From PVC group bacterium (GTDB lineage: Bacteria > Verrucomicrobiota > Kiritimatiellia > CAIKKV01 > CAITUY01): a DNA stretch of 64,000 nucleotides. Positions 1 to 8,503 of the stretch are shown piece after piece. Within the stretch, counting starts at the first letter, position 1; each line of letters opens with the position of its first letter. The notes below the pieces were generated by a model. It saw only the letters and a list, made by a program, of their open reading frames with translations, was not told where the DNA came from and searched no databases. The translations under genes and the position numbers were made by a program. Location: contig CAMDCX010000004.1 of NCBI GenBank assembly GCA_945890715.1, positions 6,157-70,156 on the forward strand, read 5' to 3'.

Positions 1-295
1 AGAGTCACCAACCCGCTCCCTACAAAAATCGCCAGACTTCCGAATTCCGGAGTGGCGGAAGAAGGATACCAATGCGCACTGGTGAAAAACTGCGTAAATC
101 CCTGCAACTGAAAAAAAGGAAGCGCATCACGCGCAATAAAAAAGAAAATGAATAAAACCGCGAACGTTGAAAGAGAGGTCACGGCAAGCAAAAACCCGGA
201 TCCCAAAAGACCCGTTATCCGCTGCACCCGCCGGGCACGATGGCTCAGCAGGAGTGATGAGCTAACGTGAGCTTTGCCTGTAGCGATCATACGTC

Positions 296-374
296 TAAAC
301 AAAAAATGGTTATTGGTTATCCGTTATTCGTTATTGGGACCCTCCCAATAACTTTTAACCAATAACCAATAACC
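296..374 (-). terminator. Rho-independent terminator downstream of the pstS-like gene
   Basis: Long imperfect hairpin. GGTTATTGGTTAT (308-320) pairs with ATAACCAATAACC (362-374), and GTTATTGGGA (330-339) pairs with TCCCAATAAC (343-352). On the minus strand it is followed by a T6 tract (plus-strand A6 at 301-306). It begins 18 nt after the stop at 392. Confidence 0.6.
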
Positions 375-391
375 GGCTTCTTCAAGGAGCC

Positions 392-1216
392 TTACTTCAC
401 CGGCACATAGCCCGTATCTTCGATGATCTTCCTGCCCTCTGCGGTATTGCACAGGTTCACGAAGTCATACAGGGCGGTTCCCGCTTTCGGCCGACCGTTT
501 GTGTACAGATACAGCGGACGCGCGATGGGATACGTCTTCGCGATCACGGTTTCAGGAGTAGGCACAATCCCATTCACCTGCATCACTTTGACCCCTTCTG
601 TGAAGGCGAGTCCGACATAGCCGATGGCCGCTTCGGTGCTCAACACCCGCTGGCGAATAGCGCCCCCGCTGCCAACATATTCCGCCCCGCCCTTAAGCTT
701 TTGCCCCTTCATCACGAGCTCATTGAAGCTCTCATAGGTGCCGCTGTTGGTATCACGGCTGATGACCACGATCTTCTGATCCCGGCCGCCAAGTTCGCGC
801 CAGTTGGTGATCTTGCCGGTGAAGATATCCCGAATCTGCTCAACCGTCAGATTGCCACGGGGATTCGACGGATGCACAATCACCGCCAGGCCATCCAATG
901 CCACGACATGCTCAATCGCCAGCACTCCTGCATCCTGGGCCGCTTTCTTCTCTGAGTTTTTCATCGGGCGCGACATGGTGGCCACGTCACAGGCCACGTT
1001 GATGAGGCTCTTGGCCCCGTTCCCGCTGCCGGATTCGCTCACCGTAATGTTCACGCTCTGGTGTTTGCCCATATAGTACTCGGCAAACGCCTTCGCCACC
1101 GGTCCCACCGTTGTCGACCCATCCACCACGATGGAATTGGCATCAGCAGCCACCGCCGCCCCGACACCCATTCCCGCCACCGCCATCATCGCCATTACTT
1201 TATTGATTTTGTTCAT
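392..1216 (-). CDS. pstS: Periplasmic phosphate-binding protein, PstS family
   Basis: 274 aa with a signal peptide (MNKINKVMAMMAVAGMGVGAAVAA). Motifs 'VDGSTTVGP', 'SGSGNG' and 'ISRDTNSGT' are typical of phosphate-binding PBPs. It sits beside a porin and a Pho-type two-component system. Confidence 0.85.
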   Translation of the reverse strand: MNKINKVMAMMAVAGMGVGAAVAADANSIVVDGSTTVGPVAKAFAEYYMGKHQSVNITVSESGSGNGAKSLINVACDVATMSRPMKNSEKKAAQDAGVLAIEHVVALDGLAVIVHPSNPRGNLTVEQIRDIFTGKITNWRELGGRDQKIVVISRDTNSGTYESFNELVMKGQKLKGGAEYVGSGGAIRQRVLSTEAAIGYVGLAFTEGVKVMQVNGIVPTPETVIAKTYPIARPLYLYTNGRPKAGTALYDFVNLCNTAEGRKIIEDTGYVPVK

Positions 1217-1263
1217 AATCTTTATCCTTTATTCATCATTCATCATTCAAACTTCATACTTTC

Positions 1264-2451
1264 TTAGAACGCCGCCACCAGATCCAACTGCAGACGGTCA
1301 TAATCCGTCGCCTTGCCCGAGGCGATACCCTTGTCATCCTTGAAATAGGCCGCGCCCAACTGGAGGTTCTTCATGACCTGGTACTTGGCATAGACCTTGT
1401 GGCCTTTGCCATCGGTCCCACCACCCCAACGATCGGAATCCGTCCACATCCCCACCGTGGCATCCTTCTGGAGCTCGGTGTAGCTGTAGCCAACTTCAAA
1501 CGTGCCTGGAATCTTGGCCTTGCCCAGCGAGACGCCGTACAGGTGGCCCTGATCAAGCGTCGAGGCATCAGTATTGGAGAGTTCCTGTCCAAAGATCGAG
1601 ACCGGCACGCCTGCAATCCACAGATCCAGCGAGGCGAAATACACCACCGGGGTGAATTCCGTGGCCCACGCTTTGTTCGTGGTCGACCCACTGACGGATC
1701 CTTTCTTCGTGGTATTGCCATACCCGTTGCTCTTACCTTCCCAATCGATCACGTCAGACCCCTGCAGGTTCTGAAAGCTGTAGTAGCTGGCACCAACGGT
1801 CAGCGAGATCTCGGGAATGAACTGAAACTTGGCCGCACCCTGCCCGGCATACAGCATTCCGGCATCCTTGCTGTCACGTTCCTGAAGCCAGATGTAACCC
1901 GCATTTCCATAGACAGTCACAACATCGCTCCCGAACTGACTCTTCAGAGCCAACCCTTCGGGGTTCAGGTCGCCATCCCACATCAGGTCATCGTTCATGG
2001 TGATGAAGGGATTCTTTATTTTGCCACCAATCACATGAACTTCATTCGCCGCTGTATCAGGGAAGAAGCTGTAGTCGAAATAGGCCAGATCCAGCTTCAT
2101 ATCCTTCTTAGACGCGCCATCCCCGATCGTCTGGTTTCCGGAAATGGGATCATTGCCGCCGGTGGACAGACCAATCCCCGCCTTCAGGTTATCGTTGCAC
2201 TTCGCTTCTGCGGCGAGACGGGCACGAACCCGGTCACGCTGACGCGTGTAGGTTTCCTTGGCGGCATTCTTTTTGGCATCGTCATTGATCGATTCGTAAC
2301 GATACCGGAAGTCGCCCTTGAGGGTGATCGAATCCACCCACGTTTTCGCCACTGGGGCCGGGGCCGGAGCCGCAGCGGTCGTTGTTTCCGCCGCCAAGCA
2401 CGTTCCACCCACACCCGCCATCACAATCAGTCCCGCCATCACTTTCTTCAT
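1264..2451 (-). CDS. Outer-membrane porin (Pho-linked putative porin family)
   Basis: Start chosen at ATG 2451, preceded by AGGAGG. It has a signal peptide (MKKVMAGLIVMAGVGGTCLAAE), alternating beta-strand-like sequence and a C-terminal '...LQLDLVAAF' ending in Phe. It is co-directional with pstS. Confidence 0.7.
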   Translation of the reverse strand: MKKVMAGLIVMAGVGGTCLAAETTTAAAPAPAPVAKTWVDSITLKGDFRYRYESINDDAKKNAAKETYTRQRDRVRARLAAEAKCNDNLKAGIGLSTGGNDPISGNQTIGDGASKKDMKLDLAYFDYSFFPDTAANEVHVIGGKIKNPFITMNDDLMWDGDLNPEGLALKSQFGSDVVTVYGNAGYIWLQERDSKDAGMLYAGQGAAKFQFIPEISLTVGASYYSFQNLQGSDVIDWEGKSNGYGNTTKKGSVSGSTTNKAWATEFTPVVYFASLDLWIAGVPVSIFGQELSNTDASTLDQGHLYGVSLGKAKIPGTFEVGYSYTELQKDATVGMWTDSDRWGGGTDGKGHKVYAKYQVMKNLQLGAAYFKDDKGIASGKATDYDRLQLDLVAAF

Positions 2452-2551
2452 ATCTTTGCTCCTCCTGTTTGGTTGTTGGTTCATGGGCGACATTCAACCG
2501 AAACCTTGTAAGGAGAAAATGAGCGGAAAGTTAGAATATGGTTAGGGGAAA

Positions 2552-3148
2552 TTGCCACTTGAGAAATCTCGTAAACCTGAGCAATATCATGACGTCATGA
2601 ATAGTTTGGAAACTGTATTCGCCATCGCCGCATCCCGTCTTCCGGCGGCGGGCGTGAATTGCCTTCTGATAGGCGGATTTGCCGTCAATTATTACGGATA
2701 TTCACGCAATACACTGGATGTGGATTTTATGTTTCTCGGAGATCAACTCGACCGGGTAAAGCAAATCATGGTGGAGGAGGGTTTCACCAATATCTCCATC
2801 CATGACAATGTGGTATTCTTTAACAAGCCAGGCAACCCTCTTCGCATCGACTTTCTTCGTGCCGATGCCAGAACCATGCAAGGTCTCCTGAGTCACTCCA
2901 TTACAATCAGGATGCATGGCAGTGATCTTAAGGTTCCAGGGCTCAAGGATCTGATCGCGATGAAAATCTTCGCATTGACCCAAAGCACAGACCGTCGGCT
3001 CGCCAAGGATCTTCCTGACATTTCCTACCTGACTGTGATCAACAATCTCGACCTGGAAAAAGACATCCATCCGATCTGTAACCGGTTTGGATCTGAGCAA
3101 ACTTACGAGCTTATCAGGAAGCAAGTCGGAATCTTGAAAACCTTATGA
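2552..3148 (+). CDS. Nucleotidyltransferase-fold protein (Pol-beta-like minimal NTase motif)
   Basis: 'LLIGGFAVNYYGYSRNTLDVDFMF' fits the hG[GS]-x9-13-DhD NTase signature. The ORF opens with TTG at 2552; the alternative ATG is at 2597. Confidence 0.55.
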   Translation: MPLEKSRKPEQYHDVMNSLETVFAIAASRLPAAGVNCLLIGGFAVNYYGYSRNTLDVDFMFLGDQLDRVKQIMVEEGFTNISIHDNVVFFNKPGNPLRIDFLRADARTMQGLLSHSITIRMHGSDLKVPGLKDLIAMKIFALTQSTDRRLAKDLPDISYLTVINNLDLEKDIHPICNRFGSEQTYELIRKQVGILKTL

Positions 3149-3354
3149 ATAGAACGACACCAAGCCTGATTGCCTTGCCGCCCACTCTTTCCATGGATGA
3201 ATACTCTGATTTTATTGAGTCTTCGCTCCGGCAGTCGAACCCCGCTTCGACTGCCCATCAGAAGGCCATTGAAGAGCGGATTCTGGCCCCATTTCGTCTC
3301 CCCGGGAGAACAGACTTCAGAAATTCGCTCAAGTTAAAGGTAAGCGCAACGTAA
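3145..3354 (+). CDS. Small hypothetical protein coupled to the NTase gene
   Basis: 69 aa. Its ATG overlaps the NTase stop (ATGA at 3145-3148). No recognisable motif. Its 3' end overlaps the convergent phoR-like gene by 26 nt. Confidence 0.3.
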   Translation: MNRTTPSLIALPPTLSMDEYSDFIESSLRQSNPASTAHQKAIEERILAPFRLPGRTDFRNSLKLKVSAT

Positions 3355-5146
3355 AAACGCTGCCCTGCCCCGGGGTGCTGGCGACCGTGACACTGCCACG
3401 GTGGGCGAGGGCGATGTGCTTGACGATCGCCAGACCGAGACCGGTGCCGCCCTGGGCCCGGCTTCGCGCGGGATCCACACGGTAAAATCGCTCGAAGATG
3501 CGGTCGAGATGCTTCTTCTCCATGCCCAATCCTTGATCGATGACCCGGATCATAACCGCATCCTCATCAGAAGATGCCGCCGACACGGCGGCTACTACAG
3601 CAGAAGACTCCTGACGGGCGGCGGAAACTGTGATCATCGTTTCCTCGGAGCTGTACTTGATGGCATTGTCCACCAGATTCCCTACCGCCTGCTCGAGCAA
3701 TGCCGCATTGATCGGTGCCTTGATGGAATCAGGACAATCCAGTACCAATTGAATCCCCTTTTTTGCCGCCCGGTCGAAAAAGGACTGCACGACGCGAGAG
3801 AGGACATCATTTACCGACCCTGGCACCAGCTCAACGCCGCCCCGATCGGATTCATGCTCCAATCGAGAGAGCACCAGCAAGTCATCCACCATCGCCTCCA
3901 AGCGGCCCACCTGCCGATCCATCATCCCAAGAAACCGGCGCGCTTCGTCGGGATTGGCGACGGCCCCGTCCGTAAGGGTTTCCACACAGCCCTTCAGCGT
4001 CGTGAGGGGCGTCTTCAATTCGTGCGACACATTGGCCACAAAATCCCGGCGCAAAGACTCAAGTCTTTTCAGGCGGGTAATGTCGTTCATTACCACAAGT
4101 CCACCAATAATGACTCCGGCCTCGTCCCTCAAGGCCGCGCCATGCAACTGAATAAACCGGTCTGCATCCTCCCGAAACACAACATCCCGCTCCACGGGCC
4201 CATCTGAATTCAAGGTGACCCCGATAAACTCCTGCAACGCAATATGCCGGATGACTTCCAGAATATGCCGACCGCGGCCCTCGTCGGGCTTCAATCCGAA
4301 GAGTCGGCAGGCCGCCGGGTTGATATGCAGGATGTGCTGCCCCATATCCACCGCCAACACGCCTTCGGTCATATTGGCGAGGACCGCCTTCTGTTCGTTA
4401 TGCTGAAGCCCCAGGCTGCGGATCCGCTCGCTGAGTTGCAGCGCCATCTGGTTCATCGTCCGGGCCAGCATGCCCAACTCCTCTGTATCCGGAACCGGAA
4501 TGCGGGCATTCAGGTCGCCGCGCGCAAACTGCTCAGCTGCCTGCCGCATATAGTCCAGCGGCCGGGTGATCCGTCGCGACAGAAAAAACGCCAGCAAGGC
4601 AAACAGCGCCGTCACGGCCAGGCCGCCCAACACCACATGCCGGTAAAAGGTCGCCAGGGCTTCATCCACAACCGCCAGTGGCAATGACGCACGCACCACC
4701 CCTGCCACGGTTCCGTCCTTCCCCCGGACGGGAACCGCCAAGTACAGCAAGTGACGGCGCGTTGTATCGCTGTACCGGACAGACTGCCCGGTTCCTTCAG
4801 CCAGTGCGGCGGCCATTTCCGGACGATTCCGGTGATTTTCCATCACCGCCGGATTCTCGGCGGAATCCCCCACAACCCGGCCATCCGGCAAAATCACTGT
4901 AATGCGGGTCAGGGTGATCCGGCCCACGTCCTTACATAGCCGATCGACCGCGCCAGAATCCTGAACGGAAAGCATCGGGATTTCACCCGCAATAATCCGG
5001 GCCCGAACCATGAGGTCAGACGTTACCTGATCCTGATGGAACTGTCGGAGTGATTTGGCGGCATACCACGCCGTGGCGGCTAGCGCACCGACGGTCACCA
5101 AAAGGAAATAGAGATAAAGTCGCCAGAACAGGCTTCTGCGTTGCAT
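3329..5146 (-). CDS. phoR: Sensor histidine kinase, PhoR-like (TM-HAMP-PAS-HisKA-HATPase)
   Basis: Two TM segments, an H-box 'VSHELKTPLTTL', an N-box 'NLVDNAIKY' and G-boxes 'DQGLGM' and 'GGTGLGLAIVKH'. It lies 6 nt downstream of an OmpR-type regulator in a Pho gene neighbourhood. Confidence 0.78.
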   Translation of the reverse strand: MQRRSLFWRLYLYFLLVTVGALAATAWYAAKSLRQFHQDQVTSDLMVRARIIAGEIPMLSVQDSGAVDRLCKDVGRITLTRITVILPDGRVVGDSAENPAVMENHRNRPEMAAALAEGTGQSVRYSDTTRRHLLYLAVPVRGKDGTVAGVVRASLPLAVVDEALATFYRHVVLGGLAVTALFALLAFFLSRRITRPLDYMRQAAEQFARGDLNARIPVPDTEELGMLARTMNQMALQLSERIRSLGLQHNEQKAVLANMTEGVLAVDMGQHILHINPAACRLFGLKPDEGRGRHILEVIRHIALQEFIGVTLNSDGPVERDVVFREDADRFIQLHGAALRDEAGVIIGGLVVMNDITRLKRLESLRRDFVANVSHELKTPLTTLKGCVETLTDGAVANPDEARRFLGMMDRQVGRLEAMVDDLLVLSRLEHESDRGGVELVPGSVNDVLSRVVQSFFDRAAKKGIQLVLDCPDSIKAPINAALLEQAVGNLVDNAIKYSSEETMITVSAARQESSAVVAAVSAASSDEDAVMIRVIDQGLGMEKKHLDRIFERFYRVDPARSRAQGGTGLGLAIVKHIALAHRGSVTVASTPGQGSVFTLRLPLT

Positions 5147-5152
5147 GAACTA

Positions 5153-5839
5153 TCACTCCTTGAAGCGGTAGCCCACGCCCCGCACTGTCTCGATATAATC
5201 GCCACGTTTCCCTAATTTACGCCGCAGTGAAACGACTTGGACATCCACGGCCCGATCCGTCACCGCATAGTCTTCGCCCTTCACCCCGTCCACGATCTGC
5301 TCGCGGGTAAACACCCAGCCGGGCCGTCGGGCTAAAAAATGCAGCAATCGGAACTCCGACGCGGTCAGCTCCACTGAAGTCTTCCCGCACACCACCTCGT
5401 GACGGCCAGGATTGATGGTGATGTCGAGGACCTTGAGAATTTCGTCCGCACTGACGGGCCCTTTTTCCTTACGTCTCAGTACGGCATGGACGCGCGCGAG
5501 CACGACCTTGATGCTGAACGGCTTGACGATGTAGTCGTCGGCACCCATCTCCAACCCGACCACCACATCCGATTCTTCACCCCGCGCCGTCACCATGATA
5601 ATGGGAGTCCCCGCCGTCTCAGGCTTGGCTTTCAAGAGGCGGCATATTTCCAAACCTCCAATGCCCGGCAACATCAGATCCAACAGAACCAGATTCGGCT
5701 TCTTCCGGGGAATATCCACCAACGCCTGGTCACCCCGGGTCGCCACACTGACCTCATACCCCTCACGGGTCAGGTTGTAGGAAAGCAGGTCGGCAATATC
5801 CGACTCATCCTCGACGATGAAGATATGTTTTTTAACCAT
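5153..5839 (-). CDS. phoB: OmpR-family response regulator, PhoB-like
   Basis: Start set at the internal ATG 5839 (MVKKHIFIVEDE...). Receiver motif '..LVLLDLMLPG..', and a winged-helix C-terminus 'LTASEFRLLHFLARRPGWVFTREQI...GVGYRF'. The upstream 36 codons of the ORF look non-coding. Confidence 0.85.
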   Translation of the reverse strand: MVKKHIFIVEDESDIADLLSYNLTREGYEVSVATRGDQALVDIPRKKPNLVLLDLMLPGIGGLEICRLLKAKPETAGTPIIMVTARGEESDVVVGLEMGADDYIVKPFSIKVVLARVHAVLRRKEKGPVSADEILKVLDITINPGRHEVVCGKTSVELTASEFRLLHFLARRPGWVFTREQIVDGVKGEDYAVTDRAVDVQVVSLRRKLGKRGDYIETVRGVGYRFKE

Positions 5840-5930
5840 TTCGAAATGGTAAGCAACCCGCACGGGAAAGGGAATGGATATTTTGTTAGAAATCGATGAG
5901 GCCAAAGCACCGTCATTCCCGTCCATTCGC

Positions 5931-6320
5931 CTAGGGAACGTCCACAATCAGACCCGGAATACTTTTGAAATGAGCATCATAGGTAATCAGGCGCGCACCG
6001 GACTCCAGTGCTGTAGCGGCAATCCAGATGTCGTTCGCGGGAATGGGAGTTCCCTTTCGCCTCAACTCGTTTATCAGGATCGCATACCGCCGGGCAATAT
6101 CCCAGGTAACGTCCTGAATCCGAACACCCGGGCTCTCTAAAAATGAAGTCAGGCGGGCTTCGTTTTCCTTCACCCGGCTACCCGCCTCAAATCCGGCATG
6201 AAGTTCACCGAGCACGACAACAGGCACAATCAAAAGATCCGCATTCTCCATGATGCTCTGAAGTCCGGCATCACCGAGCATGAGCCTGGAATAGGCACAT
6301 GTATCCAGGCAGCGCTTCAT
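5931..6320 (-). CDS. vapC: PIN-domain toxin VapC
   Basis: 'CLDTCAY...', 'VVVLGEL' and 'IPANDIWIAATALESGARLITYDAHF' are typical PIN acidic-residue blocks. ATG 6320 overlaps the vapB stop (ATGA at 6317-6320). The alternative start is 6329. Confidence 0.85.
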   Translation of the reverse strand: MKRCLDTCAYSRLMLGDAGLQSIMENADLLIVPVVVLGELHAGFEAGSRVKENEARLTSFLESPGVRIQDVTWDIARRYAILINELRRKGTPIPANDIWIAATALESGARLITYDAHFKSIPGLIVDVP

Positions 6321-6571
6321 TGGCGCCACAACTCCTCATCAATCTTCCTTGTGTCTTCCGTTGCCTTTTCGAATTCATCGAAATCCTGCTTCTGCCATGT
6401 CCCGGCGAAAGCGGAAAGATCACGCTTGCGCCGGGGATGCGCTTCAACCCCAAAATACCTCCGCAAGGCCTGCACGGCGGCGGCATTCATGCTCTGGTGG
6501 GTTTCCTTGGCAGCCGCAACGATATGCTCCACCACCCCATCCGGCACATTTCGCAAAGTCAGTGTCTTCAT
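6317..6571 (-). CDS. vapB: VapB-type antitoxin (N-terminal DNA-binding strand-helix module)
   Basis: Start at ATG 6571 with a GAGGA RBS. 'MKTLTLRNVPDGVVEHIVAAAKETHQSMNAAAVQAL' resembles FitA/Arc-like antitoxin N-termini. It sits immediately upstream of, and overlapping, vapC. Confidence 0.7.
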   Translation of the reverse strand: MKTLTLRNVPDGVVEHIVAAAKETHQSMNAAAVQALRRYFGVEAHPRRKRDLSAFAGTWQKQDFDEFEKATEDTRKIDEELWRQ

Positions 6572-6592
6572 GATTACCGATTCCTCAACGAT

Positions 6593-6623
6593 TGACATCA
6601 TAAGTGACATCATGACGACATCA
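6593..6623. promoter_or_regulatory. Three direct (T)GACATCA repeats in the vapB / DUF47-pit divergent intergenic region
   Basis: TGACATCA occurs at 6593-6600 and 6605-6612, and GACATCA at 6617-6623. The spacing of 12 and 11 bp is about one helical turn. The repeats lie 22-52 nt upstream of the vapB start. Confidence 0.35.
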
Positions 6624-6728
6624 CTAACAGCATCAACAAGCTATCAAACAGAGAAAGTCATTCAAGGATATTATTTCGCTTACGGAATTGGCGTGATTTT
6701 TCCCCGCGTTTATGAGATAGACACCCTC

Positions 6729-7361
6729 ATGATATCTGCCATCAGAAAACTACTTGGGTACGAGGACAAGTTTTTCAATCTCCTCGAGGCCAGTGCCGAT
6801 GAGGCCAAGGCCAGCGTTCAACTCCTCATGACCATGCTTAAGACGCCGGACGAGGTCGCCTCCATGGGGGACTTTATCCAGAGCCGCCGCAAAGATAAGC
6901 GAATCACTGAGGAAATCACGGAACAGTTGTGTAAAACGTTCGTGACCCCGCTGGAGCGCGAGGATATCGAGGCGCTCTCAATCGCCCTCTACAAGATTCC
7001 CAAGACCACCGAGAAATTCAGCGAAAAGTATATCCTCTGCAAGGACTACCTCAAGGGGGTCGACTTCCTGCAGCAGGCCGTCATCCTCGAGCAGACCACG
7101 GAAACCATCTCCCTGATGGTCAAAAGACTCCGGGTTCGGGCCAATCTGGAGCAGATCAAGCAGTACAACGATAATCTCCATTATCTCGAAGGCGAGGCCG
7201 ACAAGCTCATGCTGGATCTGGTCAAGGATCTCTACAGCGGAAAGCACGATCCCCTCAAGGTCATCATCATCCTCGACCTTCACGAAACCCTGGAGAAAAT
7301 CATCGACCGCTGCCGGGATGTCGGCAATGTCATCTTCCAGGTTGTGCTCAAGTATTCCTAA
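6729..7361 (+). CDS. DUF47 / PhoU-like phosphate-transport regulator (YkaA-type partner of PiT)
   Basis: Start at in-frame ATG 6729 (MISAIRKLLGYEDKFFNLLEASADEA...). About 210 aa, all-helical, and 10 nt upstream of the PiT gene. The longer 387-aa ORF overlaps vapBC and is rejected. Confidence 0.75.
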   Translation: MISAIRKLLGYEDKFFNLLEASADEAKASVQLLMTMLKTPDEVASMGDFIQSRRKDKRITEEITEQLCKTFVTPLEREDIEALSIALYKIPKTTEKFSEKYILCKDYLKGVDFLQQAVILEQTTETISLMVKRLRVRANLEQIKQYNDNLHYLEGEADKLMLDLVKDLYSGKHDPLKVIIILDLHETLEKIIDRCRDVGNVIFQVVLKYS

Positions 7362-7370
7362 AGGCTGCCC

Positions 7371-8447
7371 ATGCTGATTCTCATTCTGTTCGTTCTGCTG
7401 ATCGCGCTGGCCTTTGAATACATCAACGGCTTCCACGACACCGCCAACTCAATTGCCACTACGGTATCGACCAAGGTGCTGACCCCGCGCCAGGCGATTG
7501 CCATGGCAACTTTCTTCAACCTGGTGGGTGCATTGGCGGGCGTGTCGGTAGCCACCACAATTGGCAAAGGCCTGGTCGACACACATTTTGTGGGAATCGA
7601 CACCATTCTTTCTGCCCTGATCGGAGCCATCATCTGGAACCTGCTCACCTGGTGGCTGGGCCTTCCCTCCAGTTCCAGTCACGCTCTGATCGGCGCCCTG
7701 TGCGGCGCCACACTGGCCTCCGCCCACGGCAACTGGAGCGTAATCCGCTGGGCCGTCCCCAATCCCGCCACCGGCCATGCCGAGGGACTATGGCCCAAGG
7801 TGGTCTTCCCCATGTTCGCCTCGCCCGCGGTTGGTTTCATTGGCGGAGCGCTTCTGATGGGGTTACTGGTCGTGCTGCTCCACAAGCTCCGTCCCCAACT
7901 GATCAACAAGATCTTCTCCAAGGCGCAACTCCTCAGCGCAGCCTGGATTGGATTCAGTCATGGCACGAATGACGCCCAGAAGACCATGGGCATCATCGCG
8001 CTGATTCTCTTTACCGCGACCCGGGACGGCACCTTCGCCCAGCTTCCCTCCTGGCTCCATTTCCTGCACACCCCTGAATTTTCCGTGGCGCTCTGGGTCA
8101 AGGTGGCGTGCGCCCTGACCATGGCGGCCGGAACGGCAGCGGGCGGGTGGCGGATCATCCGAACCATGGGCCACAAGATTGTGCGAATGCAGCCCATCCA
8201 CGGGTTTGCCGCCCAAACCACGGCGGCGGCCGTCATTCAGATCGCCACCCACTGGGGTATCCCGCTCTCCACGACCCACGTCATTTCCACCTCCATCATG
8301 GGAGTCGGCACCATCAAGCGGATGAGCGCGGTCAAATGGGGAGTTGTTGGCCGAATCGTCTGGGCCTGGGTTCTGACCATTCCCGTCACCGCCATCCTGG
8401 CCTATTGGACCGAACGCGGCCTCCTGCATATCTGGCCCTGCCGGTAA
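7371..8447 (+). CDS. pit: Inorganic phosphate transporter, PiT (PHO4) family
   Basis: Contains the duplicated PiT signature 'GFHDTANSIATTVSTKVLT' and 'GFSHGTNDAQKTMGII', and is polytopic. Confidence 0.92.
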   Translation: MLILILFVLLIALAFEYINGFHDTANSIATTVSTKVLTPRQAIAMATFFNLVGALAGVSVATTIGKGLVDTHFVGIDTILSALIGAIIWNLLTWWLGLPSSSSHALIGALCGATLASAHGNWSVIRWAVPNPATGHAEGLWPKVVFPMFASPAVGFIGGALLMGLLVVLLHKLRPQLINKIFSKAQLLSAAWIGFSHGTNDAQKTMGIIALILFTATRDGTFAQLPSWLHFLHTPEFSVALWVKVACALTMAAGTAAGGWRIIRTMGHKIVRMQPIHGFAAQTTAAAVIQIATHWGIPLSTTHVISTSIMGVGTIKRMSAVKWGVVGRIVWAWVLTIPVTAILAYWTERGLLHIWPCR

Positions 8448-8503
8448 CCCACCCGAAACGTGATCTGAAACGTTTCAGATCACCATTTCGAATCCCTCAT
8501 CCT

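Noticed and set aside
72-155. A 27-aa extremely basic mini-ORF (MRTGEKLRKSLQLKKRKRITRNKKENE) with an AAGGA-like sequence upstream, in the otherwise ORF-free first 390 nt.
   Set aside because: It is too short and low-complexity to support. It has no recognisable family, and the A-rich sequence generates Lys/Arg codons by chance. I also could not recognise any structured RNA (tmRNA, SRP, 6S, RNase P) in 1-300.
1399-2511. A 370-aa + strand ORF antisense to the porin gene. Similar long shadow ORFs occur elsewhere (9002-10123 +, 9871-10653 +, 14783-15745 +, 19333-20919 +, 30483-31502 -, 34523-35455 -, 43611-44453 +, 47856-48464 -, 58402-59115 +).
   Set aside because: Their translations are Arg/Pro/Gly/His-rich with no motifs. 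Each is nested antisense to a gene with strong family signatures. These are typical stop-poor shadow frames of GC-rich DNA.
1217-2551. Pho boxes (CTGTCAT-type direct repeats) upstream of pstS, the porin gene and the phoB-like gene.
   Set aside because: I saw no convincing 7-bp direct repeats with 11-bp phasing in these short leaders. The PhoB motif of this lineage is also unknown to me.
6198-7361. The 387-aa version of the DUF47 gene, and other over-long ORF-track starts (5153-5947, 8504-10066, 9853-10764, 10571-11146, 17693-18991, 55632-58319).
   Set aside because: The N-terminal extensions overlap neighbouring real genes or are low-complexity. Internal ATG/GTG starts give family-typical N-termini, RBS-like sequences or ATGA/GTGA coupling.
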